A DNA stretch of 64,000 nt from Vicugna vicugna (Eukaryota). Below the pieces are notes generated by a model that searched no databases, was not told where the DNA came from, and was given only the letters and a program-made list of their open reading frames with translations. The stretch's first letter is position 1. Each line of letters opens with the position of its first letter. The stretch is from NCBI GenBank assembly GCA_013265495.1, contig MU057576.1:220982-284981 (forward strand). The letters are read 5' to 3'. A program made the position numbers and the translations under genes. Shown here piece after piece: positions 13,501 through 25,430 of the stretch.

Positions 13501-15782
13501 TGTATATACTTATACACACACATACATGCATCATACATAATATATATACAAACAATGTTATACGTAATTATATGCTATATATACATAGAATACATACATT
13601 GAATAAAATAGGCAATATAGAATATGTAGCACACATACAAGTTATATTATATATAATTATATACACATATATAAATATATAATACATATATAGAACAAGA
13701 TATATACATACACTTTTTTTTTAATTTTTAAAAAAAGTCAAGAATCCTGTTTTCTAGGACTTTACAGAACTCAACTCATTATAGACCCAATAAACGACTC
13801 TGAAATGACTGGAGGGATGGGTGTTAGTGGATAAGAAAGGAAAACACATTGCAAAGCAGCCCATGGGGTGTCACAGGTGCGAGGAAGTGGCCCGTGAGAC
13901 TGGCACTCAGGCGGGATTGCTTCCAGGCTAAGCATATTCATACATAAATAACCAACATACACGTTGGCGGATATCTGTTGACCTGGAGGCAGTAGGGAGA
14001 TCATGTGAAAAGAAGGTGTGGGCCAGCCCAAGATTAGGGGGTTATGAAGGAGGTTATGAATTTTAGGACCAGAAAGTTACTCACCTGACTACACTGCATT
14101 AGCTCCCTATTGCAATGTCTTCATGTTCGGGTGATTTAATCCTATCACCTTTAATCAAGGGGTCACAGGAAGGAAGAATCATCAAGATGACCCCACTGTG
14201 TAAAGTTGCCATGTTGTTGACTGACCAGCCAATTCTCTGCAGGGTCAGGAGAAAGTCTGGTTGCCCAGAATCACTGAGCTTCCTGCTACAGGCCAATGAA
14301 ATTAAAACTGACTGTCCTTTTTGCCTTGACTGTCAGGAAGCTCAACGCTCTGTTGTCAACTTCAATGCGATCAGTTTTTTGATAATCACCCGTGCCTGTT
14401 CCAAGCCTCTTATTCTAGAAATCTTTTTAATGACAGCTGAACCATATCACCTAATCCTTTCACTAGGGAGACAGAAAATAAGCAAGACATGATGGAGCAA
14501 CTGCCCATCAGTCATTCCTGTGTGTGAGGACACAGCCTCTTGGTAGAAGCGGGGATTCAAGTGACCAAATCAAATCCTAAGTGATAAGAAAGCAGTTCCC
14601 CACACATGTAGGTGTCAGCGCCTAGGGCTCCGGGACAGCCTGAGGCACACTGCTGCTCTGCTGGACTTCTTTTTCCCGTCTTAGGTTATTTCTGATTTAG
14701 TACCTAGAAAACCTTCTCTCCAGGAGGTGCTGGATGAACACTAGCTAATTCCTGACTTTTAGCTTCTTCTAGACTCCAAACAGATCAACTGACTGAATTA
14801 TGCCCTTACTGCAAATCTTTTGTCAAGGAAACCAAGGCTTAAAGACGCCTCCCCAAACCATAGGTCAAGTCCCTGGCAGGACCCAAAACATCCAGTGGCC
14901 AACTGAGCACCCTCATCTGGGGCATACATGTGCCCACCCCAGAAAAGCTAGGCAACCGCTGTCAGTGACCTCATTAATAATAACGCCTTCACAGACCCCT
15001 CCTGGGAGGACCAAGGCTGTGCGCAGGGCGGCAAGTTTATCCTGTCAAGTTGCCAAGCCAAGCCCAGATGTTTCTGATAAATACATTAAAAAAAAGAAAA
15101 AGAAAAAGAAAAAAGGATGAGTTAGGGAGGGAAAGACAGCAGATCCTGGATTCCTTAAGGCTCCTGTCCTCCGAAACACAGTTAACCAAAAGTTTCAGGT
15201 CTGCCACGATACTTTCTTCAGAAGAGACAAGGTGGACCCGCGCTGGGGCCACCAGGCCACCTCAGGGAGATTCCAGCCCTGACGCACCTGCCACCCACAC
15301 GCCTGGAGCAGCAGGGTGAGTGTGGCGCTGGCGGAGGAGGCTCACAGGCCACTCCTCCAGGATCCTGTTGCACAGTGAGTCACAGGGTTTCCTGTTCTTC
15401 TAGTTCTTGGTCTCAGCTGCCTCGAGTTACAGCCAGACAATCTGTAAGCACCTGCCAGGAGATGTCCAGGAGATGGGCATTTGGGACGTCCCAGGACGCT
15501 CCTACATTCAGAGTGTGGGGCATCAGAGCAAAGGCATAATTATATGCCAGATGGACCAGACCCCGGAACAGTTCATTTACACGCACGGACTGACCGAGCA
15601 CTGAGTGGGCTGTGCCAGGGCCAGGCGCTGAAGAGACCCTAATCTCAACCTGCAAGGTGCCCAGTCTATCGGTGGGAGGCTAATATGTCAACAAGTAACT
15701 ACAAACTGAAGGTAGTGAGGCCAAAGGGTAAGCAGTTTCTTTCACTATGATAAAAATACAAGCATTAAATCAGACACATCAA

Positions 15783-15925
15783 GGCGGGGAAGATATAGCT
15801 CAAGTGATAAAGTGCATTTCTAGCATGCATGAGGTCCTGGGTTCAATCCCCAATATCTCCTCTAAAAATAAATAAACAAATGAACCTAATTACCTCCCCC
15901 TACAAAAAATAAAAATAATAATAAA
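15783..15925 (+). mobile_element. tRNA-derived SINE (Vic-1-like)
   Basis: A/B boxes; TSD AAATCAGA(C/G)ACATCAA (15767-15782 / 15926-15941). Confidence 0.9.
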
Positions 15926-18900
15926 AAATCAGAGACATCAATACAATCCTGAGAAGTTTTTGTCTTGAAAAGGTTAGAAACGTGTATTATTTGTTGACCC
16001 TGTGCCTAGAATGGTCTTATCTGGCCTAACTCCCACTTGCCCTTCAGGGCCCCCGTACAGATGGCCTCTCCCCAAATCCTTCCCCAAATTCCCAGCCAGT
16101 GATGCCGACATACTTTTGACACTTGTGTCTCCTGCCTTCACGGGTCCAAGGACTAAAGGCACCGACTACATGTTCCCAACTTCATCTTTGCGACGCCCAT
16201 GCCAGGCTCCAGAGTCTGCCACTGAGCCTCTTACCCCACAGGGGCATCTGAACCCCCCAACTCTTCTCTGCTGGACCAAATCCCCGTGGGTCTGTTCCTT
16301 TGCACTATGTCTGGCCCCAGACCTTCCCAGTCTGCCCCACCCCGACCCCCCACAACCACACCCAGCAGAAGCAGGGCAACCATATGTCCCAGTTTGCCCA
16401 GGACAATCTCAGTCTGCAGTGTGGGAACAGCATAACTGTTACTAGTGTCCCCTATTATTTTTAAAAGTGGCCCAGTTTGGACACTAAATTATAGGGTCAC
16501 CTTCAGTACAGGCCACAGACCAAATCCTGTGGTCATTCTGGGTGAGAAGAGAGCTCGTGCTGTGCAAATGGCGCTGAAGGAAACAGGATGGGGTTCCTGG
16601 CTGGTCACTTGGTTTCCTCACCTACAGAATGAGGGGTTTGGATTAGATGATCCCAAAAGTCCCTGACACCTGACTCATAACCTCATGAAACTGAAAAACC
16701 CTGGGCCATGCCCAGTAGTCCCAGGCAGCCCCCTGCTGGGGCCAAGGGCCTGGGCTCTGGCATCAGACCGCCTGGCTTTGAATTCTGGCTTGCCCTTGAG
16801 CAAGGATGGTCCCTTTCTGGGCCTTGCTGTCTTCATGTGAACATCCGTAACGATGATGCCCACCCTGGAGGGCTGCCTGACCACACCCAAGTTGCAGTAG
16901 AGTTCAAGGACAAAGCCCAGCACGTAGTCCATGCTGCACACGTTTGTTATTTTAAGACTTTTGGGAAATCGAGGGGGAAATTCCCGGGACATGGCTGGAA
17001 GGCTTCACTGGAAGGTTTTGAGACAGGAAAATCTGAGAGGAAGCAGAAGAAAGCCCCTCAAATGGGAAAAAGGAAAAGGGGCAGCTTCAGACCGTCCCAT
17101 GGCCTATCTGGCTTCCTTCCTTAGTCAGGCAATACGGAGAGGTCCGAGGTTGGAGGCTGGGAAGGAGGCCTTCCAAGAACATGGACTGTGTCTCTGGCCT
17201 GGCCTCCAAAGCAGGGCTGCGGAGCTGAGGGTGAAAAGAGGCAGGAAGCGGGGGGGAGGGGGGGCCAAGGCCTCCCAGAGCCACGTTTCTCGGGCCTGAC
17301 TCACTCTCTGGGTCAACTGCAAGACCAGGTCCATCCAGAGAAGGACTATAAGGGAAATGCTCAGAGATCCACACACACCTAGTGCAAAAGCATCACCACC
17401 ACCCCTCCCTCCCCACAAAAGAGGCCAGCACTTCAGGGAAACCGAGACGGTCTAGCTCCGGCCGCCACAGGAACATGGCCAGGACTCCCAACTGGGTTTG
17501 GACAAGACTACAGGCTGCCCAGGGTTGGGGAGAGGTAAAGCGTGGGTTCCATACAGTCCTCTCGGGCTTCGTCAAGAGCCCCGGGCACCCCAGGGTCAGA
17601 AGGGACCACACTGGACAGCCTAGGGTGTTTGAGAGGCAGTGAGTCTCAACTGAGACCCAAGATGGTCAGGGACCCTCTCTCCACCCAATGTGCCAAAAGA
17701 ATGTAGGAACGACTGAATCCCCAGGGGTCAGTGGGACTGAAACCTACCATGACCTGGTCCTATGACCCAACAGCACAGGGCACTGTTAGCAGTTTCCCCA
17801 GTGGGAAGCCAGAGGCCGGGCAGACGTGAGGAAGTGTGAGCAGGCACCCAGCACTGGCCAACTCCAGCGTAAGTGGCCTCAGCAACTGCCCTCGGAGCCT
17901 CAGGGACTCTGCCTTGAAGGGGAGGTACTGACAGGGCGGGAACTCGGTCTCTGCACTGGAGAGGGGTTGAACGCATGCTGGGATTATTCCGTACAGCTGG
18001 GTCTCTGGTGATTCCCCCCAGGGAGGTCACTTGAACCTGAGGTGCGCCAGAATGGCCAAGGCATCCCAGAGACCCCCCGCCACCCACCCACCCAGTGGGG
18101 ATGCTGCCTACCGAGGACCAGAAGGAAAGCAAGTGAGACGGGTCCCCTATGCGCAGGAAAGAGAAGGGTGTAGAAGTTGGAAGGGGCAGTGAAGATGCTT
18201 CTTTATGCCTCAGCTTTAGGAACGTTCCTTCCTTCTGCCCTCCCTGTCCTCTGCTCTAATCTGACATCAGAGAGCATAAATGAGCCAGAACCCATATGCC
18301 CTAAAAGCCACTGGGAGAAAGGAAGCAGGGCCCCTTCTGCTTCCACCCAGATGGAGAGTGCAGTAGCGTATCTGAGAGTGCGTACTCATATCAGACACAC
18401 AGTGTGGATCAGGCTGAGCTCTAAGAGATTCCCATACACTCAATCTCTCTTGAATCCTTACAATGACACTACTAAGGTGTTACTACTCTCTGTTTTACAA
18501 GAGGAAGAAACTGAGGCCTAGAGAGGTTAAATAACTGACCCAAGTTCATAGAGCTGGTTTGTGGTGAGCCAGGATCAACCCCAGGGAGCCTGGCTCTGCA
18601 TCTCACCACACAGCCCCTCCCAGTGATGCTGGACTGGCCCCCATGGGTATCAACAGCCCTCTTCCGCTCCGGAAAGAGTAGCTCCACCCGCTCCCATGCC
18701 TGCCTTGTTCAGAAGCCTGGCAGATGCCCTGCCTCCAGGGAAACCCCAACAACAGCCAGGGTGAGATTCTCCTGGGCAGCAAACTTCTCTCCCACTGGCT
18801 TCCTGGAGGCCTCACCTTGCCCTGAGGACAGACAACCTGAACCCCAATAACCCACGCTGCAGCGCCAGGGACATCTGCTAACTACTGTGGTCTGCAGATC

Positions 18901-19060
18901 TCACCTTAAAGTCAACTTTTGGAAACAGCCACTTCCCACCATGACTGTCCCACCATGACATGGCACACTGAGCACTAAGAACCATGGCCCTGGCCGCAGC
19001 CACTACTAAGTAGCTGTATGACCATTAGTGACGCAGTGTAACACTGAAGCGGGGGATAGC

Positions 19061-19194
19061 TGGGGGTTTTTGGGGGGGGGCGATAATTGTGTTTATTTAT
19101 TTATTTAGTTTTTCAATGGCGGTGCTGGGGATTGAACCCAGGACCTCGTGCATGCTAAGCATGCGCTCTACCACTTGGGGCTATGCCCTCCCTC
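19061..19194 (-). mobile_element. tRNA-derived SINE (Vic-1-like)
   Basis: GGGGATTGAACCC (B box, reverse); GGATAGC repeated at flanks. Confidence 0.85.
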
Positions 19195-19394
19195 GGATAG
19201 CCTCCGTTTTTGTTTGCTGTTTTGTTGCTTTTGTTTTTTAGCCTTCCATCTGTGTTAACCTTATTTTTTTTTTAATTGAAGTATAGTCAGTTTACGATGT
19301 TGTATCAATTTCCAGGGTACAGCATAATATCTTAGTCATATTCATACATATATGCTCAGGACAGCCCCCACTAAAGAATATGTTCTTTTGATGC

Positions 19395-19620
19395 CATTTC
19401 TCAACCTAGAGATATTTGGGGCCAAAGAAGTCTTTTGTGGGGGAGGTTGGGGGAGGCCTGTCCTGAGCATCATAGGATGTTTTAGCATCATTTCTTGACT
19501 CTTCTTACTAAGTACGATGACACATCTTCACCCACCTGCCTGTGACAATTAAAAAAGTCCCCAGACATCACCAAAGTCCACTTGGGGTGACAAATCACTT
19601 AATAGTTTAAAAACTACTGC
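19395..19620. mobile_element. MER20-like hAT DNA transposon relic
   Basis: Resembles recalled MER20 consensus (TTCTCAACC...CCAGACATCACCAAA...AACTACTG). Confidence 0.6.
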
Positions 19621-19942
19621 TCTAAAGGTATAGTTAAAAAAAAAAAAAGGAACAGGCTTTGCCCCTTTAGATTGGAATAGGGTAAAACTCTTGCTCTTTA
19701 TGACAGGCTGGGAGAGCCCCCTCACGAGATTATCCAGCCAAAAAGGTCACTAGCACTGAGGTTGAGAGACCTGCTTTATTACAAAGCCGGCACGGCCACC
19801 TGTGATCCGCGGCGTGCGGTATTAAGTCGCAGCCAATGAACTCTGTGATCTGACGTGCCACACCTCCATTTCCACTGCTTTGGAAAGGCCAGGACAGACA
19901 ACACACATTGTCAGAAAACAAACCAAACTTGCTGACTTCATA

Positions 19943-19977
19943 GGGGGCACAGCTCAGCGGTAGAGCATTTGACTGCA
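19943..19977 (+). pseudogene. 5'-half tRNA-Cys(GCA) retropseudogene fragment
   Basis: GGGGGCACAGCTCAGCGGTAGAGCATTTGACTGCA matches the tRNA-Cys 5' half and ends at the GCA anticodon; no 3' half. Confidence 0.8.
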
Positions 19978-22900
19978 AAACTCAGCCCACGATAAAGAGG
20001 AACTGGTTATCAAGAGTCATCTTTTAAACTGGAAGTTACTGAACAAAGGAAGCCAGTTTTCTGGGGTTCCTGAGTTCTTTCAGTCCATCCGATCTCCTTA
20101 CTCTGGCTGCTGAATTTGGAAAAAAATTGTTGTGATTCGTGTCGTTTTGTTCCCTGCCCCTGGAAAAGAGCTCCTAGCTGCCCTCAGACTCCTCTAGGCA
20201 CTAGAAAAGTTCGACATTGAAAAGTGATGTTTAAAAAAAAACAATAAAACCTTTTGGCTTTGTCTGAGGAGCCTCAAAGAGAATTTTAATTCATTCAGGG
20301 GTAAAGAAAAAGGGGCTTCTTGGCGCTCTCTGAAAGAGATGCTTGACAATTTAAAATAAATGGATAATCTGTAAAAGCTACAAAATATTCCTGCTACCAT
20401 CAAGTGTCTTTTGAGCAGGGAAGGGACAGTATTCGGATACTAAGTATTAGGTTACAGGGTGAATAAATGAGACAAATTGTACCGGTCAATGTTAATTAAC
20501 TCAGCCAAATATAACCTGATTTAGGTTTTAATCAGCTGTTTCCTTACATACTTTCATCTGTACCTGAAGATTAATGGCACATAGTCGGTGCTCCAAAAAT
20601 ATCAATCAAGTCTCTCTTGAGGGCCCCAACTCCCCATCCCATGGGAATGGTGGCCACGGCCTGGAGAGGCTATACACCACCCTTTAGTGGCTGTGAAGTA
20701 GCTATTGATGGAGCCTTATCTCACCAGACAACTGAAAGGTTTCTCACTTTCAATTTCTCACATAGTATCTACAGGGCCTTGTACCCACAGTAGGTCCTCA
20801 GAAAACATTAAACTCTTATCTTGAATCTTGGGGGCTCTGATGAATCTTTCTCCTTCCAAGATACTCTCCCCCTCCTCATTAAGTCCAGAGTTGAAAGCTA
20901 CCCCTCACCTAAATGAACTATCTATATTCCAAGACTGCACTTCACCAGTCAATGTGCTTTAAAATAATTTTGTTAATGGCTAAAGGAAGGCGTGTATATA
21001 CTTCATTTCATTTCTATGGGAAACTCTGATTCTCACTCCTAAGAGATAAAAATCCTGTATCTTATATATTAATTATACCTCGATTAATAAAAAGAATCTG
21101 CTAACTCTCCATAGATAGGACAAAAAGCCTTGATTGATGGGGAACAGGAAACACTCCTCTCTCCCTCTGTCTCTCTCTCCCCTTTCCTTTCCCCTCAAGA
21201 TGAGCCTCAGCTTTGATGAAAGAATAGCTCAGTCTTTCCTTCCAAGGGTCCACCCATGCACCCACCCCTTCAGCCTAGTACTAGCACTGCCCGCAGCTGC
21301 CTCTCACCCTCCTCCACCTCCTGCAGCCCTTGCTCAGCTTCTTTTTTCCAGGACGGTCCCCTCCACCCCGTTCCTTCTTGCACTCACTGAGTACCACACC
21401 AGTGGCCATAAACTGGCTATAAAGGTGAACAGCCAGGATTCTCCCTGCCCTGAAACTATCAACTCCAGTGTGTTCGATGGAACGACACAAACGCCACAAC
21501 AGGGCAAAAGCACCCAGTGTGAACAGGCATGACACTCAAAGGACCTGCAAGTCCAGTCTTTGGGGAATGAAGCTAAGGAAGCTGAGGCTGAGGTGGGGGC
21601 GGGGGGGTCAGGGGTGCATTCAGCATGCACAAAAGCCTTCTGAAATGATCTAGTCTGGCTCCAGAAAGAGACTGGTAACAAACACTAGAAGGCCTCTGAA
21701 GTAACCCAGAGACCAGCTGACAAAGATGTAGCAATCAGAAAGGAAAGTCAGTTAAATGAGTCCCTGGCTCCCATTAGACAGAGGCTACTGGTGCCACTAA
21801 TCTAAACCATGAGAAGAGTTAATTGCATCTCTGGACATGCTGGGTGAGGGAGCTGCCAGCAGCCAAGAGTGTACGCAGACTCAGGCCAGGATGGAGCCCA
21901 CTAATGGTCCCAGAGGCAGGCGAGTGTGGTCAGGAGTATGGGCCACTGGAGCCCAACTGCCTAGCTTCAATTCCCAGCTCTTACAAACAGAAGGAAAAAA
22001 AAAAAAAGAAACCTAGTGACAAACAAGTCACTGTGTGCCTCAATCCCTTACCAGTAAAACAGGGATACTGATTATAATAATAGTGCCTGTAGTGTCTACT
22101 TCGTGGAGCTGCTGTCAATGTTAACGAGCTAACATATATAAAGAGCTTAAAACTACCTGGTACACGGTAGATGCTTATGTGTTTGCTTTTGAGTTTCAAA
22201 GGGTCAGTCAGCAAAAGTGAGCAAGTAACACTTATCCTCCCCCTAACAGCACAAAACACTGGGGGCTTGTCTATGTTCTGGGCAGGTGAAGCTAAGCTTT
22301 CCGTGCATCAGACTACAACCCACAGTATGTAAAACGATGGGGATTTCAGGAGAGTCCAAATCAAGGCATTTTCAAGACTCTAAAACTCAAGCTTCAACCT
22401 TCTCTCCTAATTCTTCCTTCCAGCAGCAACTTTAAAAGATGCTTCTAAAATATCCTCTCTGATTCTCTTCCTTCTTCCTAATAGTTGCAGCTGTAATCAA
22501 ACAGCTTTGCTCACCTAAGCTGGGAGGCTAAATCTCGGGTTCTGACACCTGCAGAGTTAAGGCCTGACTCAATTCCGCCCCCACTGGTAATTTAGAGGAA
22601 ATACGTCCAAGTGTCCCTGAGACGTTTCACAGGCTGAAAGGTAGATGGCAAGGGTAGAGAAGACTGTAAGGCATTTTTCACATTGCTGTGCTTCATTGTC
22701 TCAACTCTTTAAAGTGGAGAAGTTTTCTGTTATCATCCCTGTTTTACAAAAAGAAATCGCTGGTCCAAAGAAGCAAAGTCACTTGCTCAGGCTCCTGAGG
22801 TTCATAAACCACAGAACTGAGATTACAATTCATTTCTGCAGAATCTGGCTAACTTCCCTTTTCAATCTGGGACTAAAGAGACGATCCCCACTATTCCAGG

Positions 22901-23717
22901 CCAGGAAGGTGGTACAGCTCCACAGTTTCAGTTCTAACCTCCATCCTCTGGTCTGGGGGAGAGTAAATTTGTGTCCTAGGCTTCCTCCTCTGGATTTGGG
23001 GAAGAGTAAATTTAAATGTCCAGGGGCAGTGGTCACCCAACTGAGAAGACTTCCCTTGGATTAATGATCCTCCAGCTTTGTATTCTAGGACTGGCCAAGA
23101 GATGACAATCTTCCACAAGGGTTAACTCACTTCTTGGGCAAAGAAGACAAAAGAAGTTGCCAAGATCCTGACGGCTCACACGTTCTTGAATAAGCTGAAT
23201 TAAAAGTGCTGAGCGGAGCCACATCCCAGGAATGAGTTAGAGAGATAACAGCGGTTTATAAGCAGAGTTTGTAAATTTACGTGGGTAAACCAGCCGGTCT
23301 CTGCTCCCTACTCCAGCCTGAAGCTAGGGAATATAATGCTTTATTGGGGGTTTCATTTGCCATGGCTCCGAAAACACAGTGATGATAACCCACCATCCTC
23401 TCCTTTGCTTTCAGGATCCCTACGATGGGAGTATGAGCAGGTAGCCCCATAGAAAGATAACGTCAAGACATTTTCCCAAAAATGTGTTCCCACTAGGACA
23501 CAGAAATTTCAAGCATGTCATTGAGCAACGCTCCGTCACTGACTCACAGATTTGGACACCCCTCCCACCCTCGCCCCAGCCCATCTCCTCTTCTCAAGTC
23601 CCAGCAGAGCCCCAGGGCCAGGACCCAGTCTCGAAATCCCGAGTATTTCAGAAACACAATTCTCCCCAGAGAGCGCCTGGAGCGCAGCCTAGCCCCACCC
23701 CTAGCCCCATACCCGGA

Positions 23718-23765
23718 GGCACGGGGACAAGTCTCCCCGGCGGCACGGGGACAAGTCTCCCCGGC
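23718..23765. repeat. Perfect 2 x 24-nt tandem duplication GGCACGGGGACAAGTCTCCCCGGC
   Basis: Seen directly. Confidence 0.95.
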
Positions 23766-24161
23766 AGGGCCAGAGGCTTTGTCTCACGTAAACGATCTGG
23801 CCGAAGCGCGAGCTGGGGCTTCGGGGGCTGCTGAGAGGGAAGTGGGCAGACAGGTCCCGGCCGAGGGCAGGAAAAACCTCGTTTTCAGAACGACAAAAAT
23901 CTCCAGGAAGACGGCAAAGTGTGTGTGGGGGAGGGGGAGAGGCCCTCTCGGGGTAACTTTTAGGAGCACCAAAAGTAACATCCGAAAGTCCGCCCCCGAC
24001 TTGGGGCCTGGGCTGGGGGGTACTCAGGGTGGGGGGGTCCTGAGGCACCCAGCTGGGGCGGGGGGTGGTGTACGCCCCTCACGGAGCCTCAGTTCCGGGT
24101 GCTTCAGTTCCGGGGAAGGGGCGCGGCGGGCGGAGTTCCTCTACCCCTTTCCCAGCCTCTT

Positions 24162-24392
24162 CACGTGCCGTCTTCTCCCCAAGCCCAGCTCCGCAAGGCC
24201 GTCACGAAAGCTGGGGGCGAGTCGGAGGTCCCCAAAACGCGATCCCTTAGCGCGGTCGGGCCCCGGAACAGACCTGTGCGGCCGCAAAGCCTCCCCCCAC
24301 TCAGCTACGACTCTCCCCACGTGCTCTCGCCGGAACTCCGGCAGGGGAAGGGGGGCTCCTCCCACGTGGGCCCGGCAGTCTAAGACTACGTG
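24162..24392. promoter_or_regulatory. Intron 1 E-box/HRE cluster: CACGTG at 24162, 24318 and 24363; TACGTG at 24387
   Basis: Motifs seen directly; HK2 is an established MYC, MondoA-MLX and HIF-1 target. Confidence 0.75.
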
Positions 24393-24708
24393 CCGGGTGG
24401 CCCCCCCCCCCGAGAAAAAAAAAAAAAAGCGCGAGCGCGCGCAGGGTGGCCGGGAGGGAGGGAGCCGCGCGGTGCGCGAGCCCCGGCGCCTCGCACGCGC
24501 GCACAAGCCTGCCCGTTCCTAGCGGACGTGGCTCCTCGAGCCCGGGAGTATCCCAGCCCTCCTGACTTTTTCCGAGTCTGCGGCCCGGAATGAGGAGGAA
24601 GCAGGTCCCCGCTGGGTCGAGGAGGAGAGCCCCAGCCGGCCGGGACCCCAGAGAGAGGTCCGGGGACAAGGCAAGCCGAGCCAGCCACCCCGCCCGTGGC
24701 TTACTTAC

Positions 24709-24771
24709 CTTCTGCACTTGGTCATGGTTGAGCTCCGTAAAGAAGTAGGCGAGCAGATGCGAGGCAATCAT
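24709..24771 (-). CDS. HK2: Hexokinase 2, coding part of exon 1 (MIASHLLAYFFTELNHDQVQK; mitochondrial-binding N-terminal helix)
   Basis: ATG at 24771-24769 in context ggcacgATGa; 21 codons match the HK2 N-terminus; followed by the donor AAG|GTAAGT at 24708. Confidence 0.98.
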
Positions 24772-25205
24772 CGTGCCGCGCGTCCCGACGGCGCGAAGTT
24801 GGAAAACCAAGGCTTGGAGCGCGTGCGGAGGTGGTGGGCCGCGCGGTTAGACCGCTTTGTACCCGGGCTTGGCAGCCCGGCCGGGAGCGGTGAGTCCGGC
24901 AGGCACACAAAGAAGGCACACGATGGCGCGCCCGGCTGGAGGGTCCTGGGTCTCTAAAAAGAGGTTTTGGTAGTCACAACTACTGGAAGGAGCCCAGGAA
25001 TCACTCCCGGCGACGTGCTGGGATGCCCCACTGACAAGATACTAACTTCAGCCACAAGATCCCTACGGCTCAACTTGAGAAGAATCACGGCCCAACTCTA
25101 CTAGGGCAGTGGGACCTCTCTGGCTCACACACGCGCTGCTCTCGCCCGCGGATCTCCCCGGCTTGGTGACACGGCTGTGCTAGCGGCGGCCCGGGACTCC
25201 TGCGC
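24772..25205 (-). other. HK2: HK2 5' UTR (exon 1 non-coding part; TSS approximate)
   Basis: GC-rich leader with no ATG on the minus strand; TSS inferred about 25-30 nt downstream of the AATAA element. Confidence 0.7.
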
Positions 25206-25430
25206 TGGAGTTTCGAGCAACAATGTGGCTTATTGAGGGGTTGCCGGCTCGCGGGCCTCCTGGTCAGTGACGCGCGCACGCCCATTGGCTGCGCGAGGAG
25301 GGTGTGTGCGCCCACGGGCCGCCCGCCGCCTAGGCGCAGCCAGTCAGCGCGCAGGGCCCGCGGGCGCGGCTGCTCAGACACCCGAGCCGGCAAACTGGAG
25401 GGGCGCGCCTGGGGCGGGGGGCGGGGCCAG
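25206..25430 (-). promoter_or_regulatory. HK2: HK2 core/proximal promoter: TATA-like AATAA (25234-25230), half-CRE TGACG (25268-25272), CCAAT (25288-25284), Y-box-like site (25338-25349), GC boxes (25411-25427)
   Basis: Motifs seen directly; order matches the Y box/CCAAT/CRE layout described for the rat HK2 promoter. Confidence 0.85.

Larger units (their letters stand above)
6574..24708 (-). other. HK2: HK2 intron 1 (18,135 nt, GT-AG)
   Basis: Bounded by the exon 1 donor and exon 2 acceptor. Confidence 0.95.

Noticed and set aside
13495..13715. TA-rich patterned stretch
   Set aside because: Degenerate microsatellite in an old L1 tail
23515..24522. 335-aa plus-strand ORF
   Set aside because: Low-complexity R/G/P/S product expected from stop-poor CpG-island DNA antisense to HK2; no recognisable domain
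24301..24810. 169-aa ORF containing the HK2 N-terminus
   Set aside because: Only 24709-24771 is exonic; the rest is UTR and intron read-through past a strong donor
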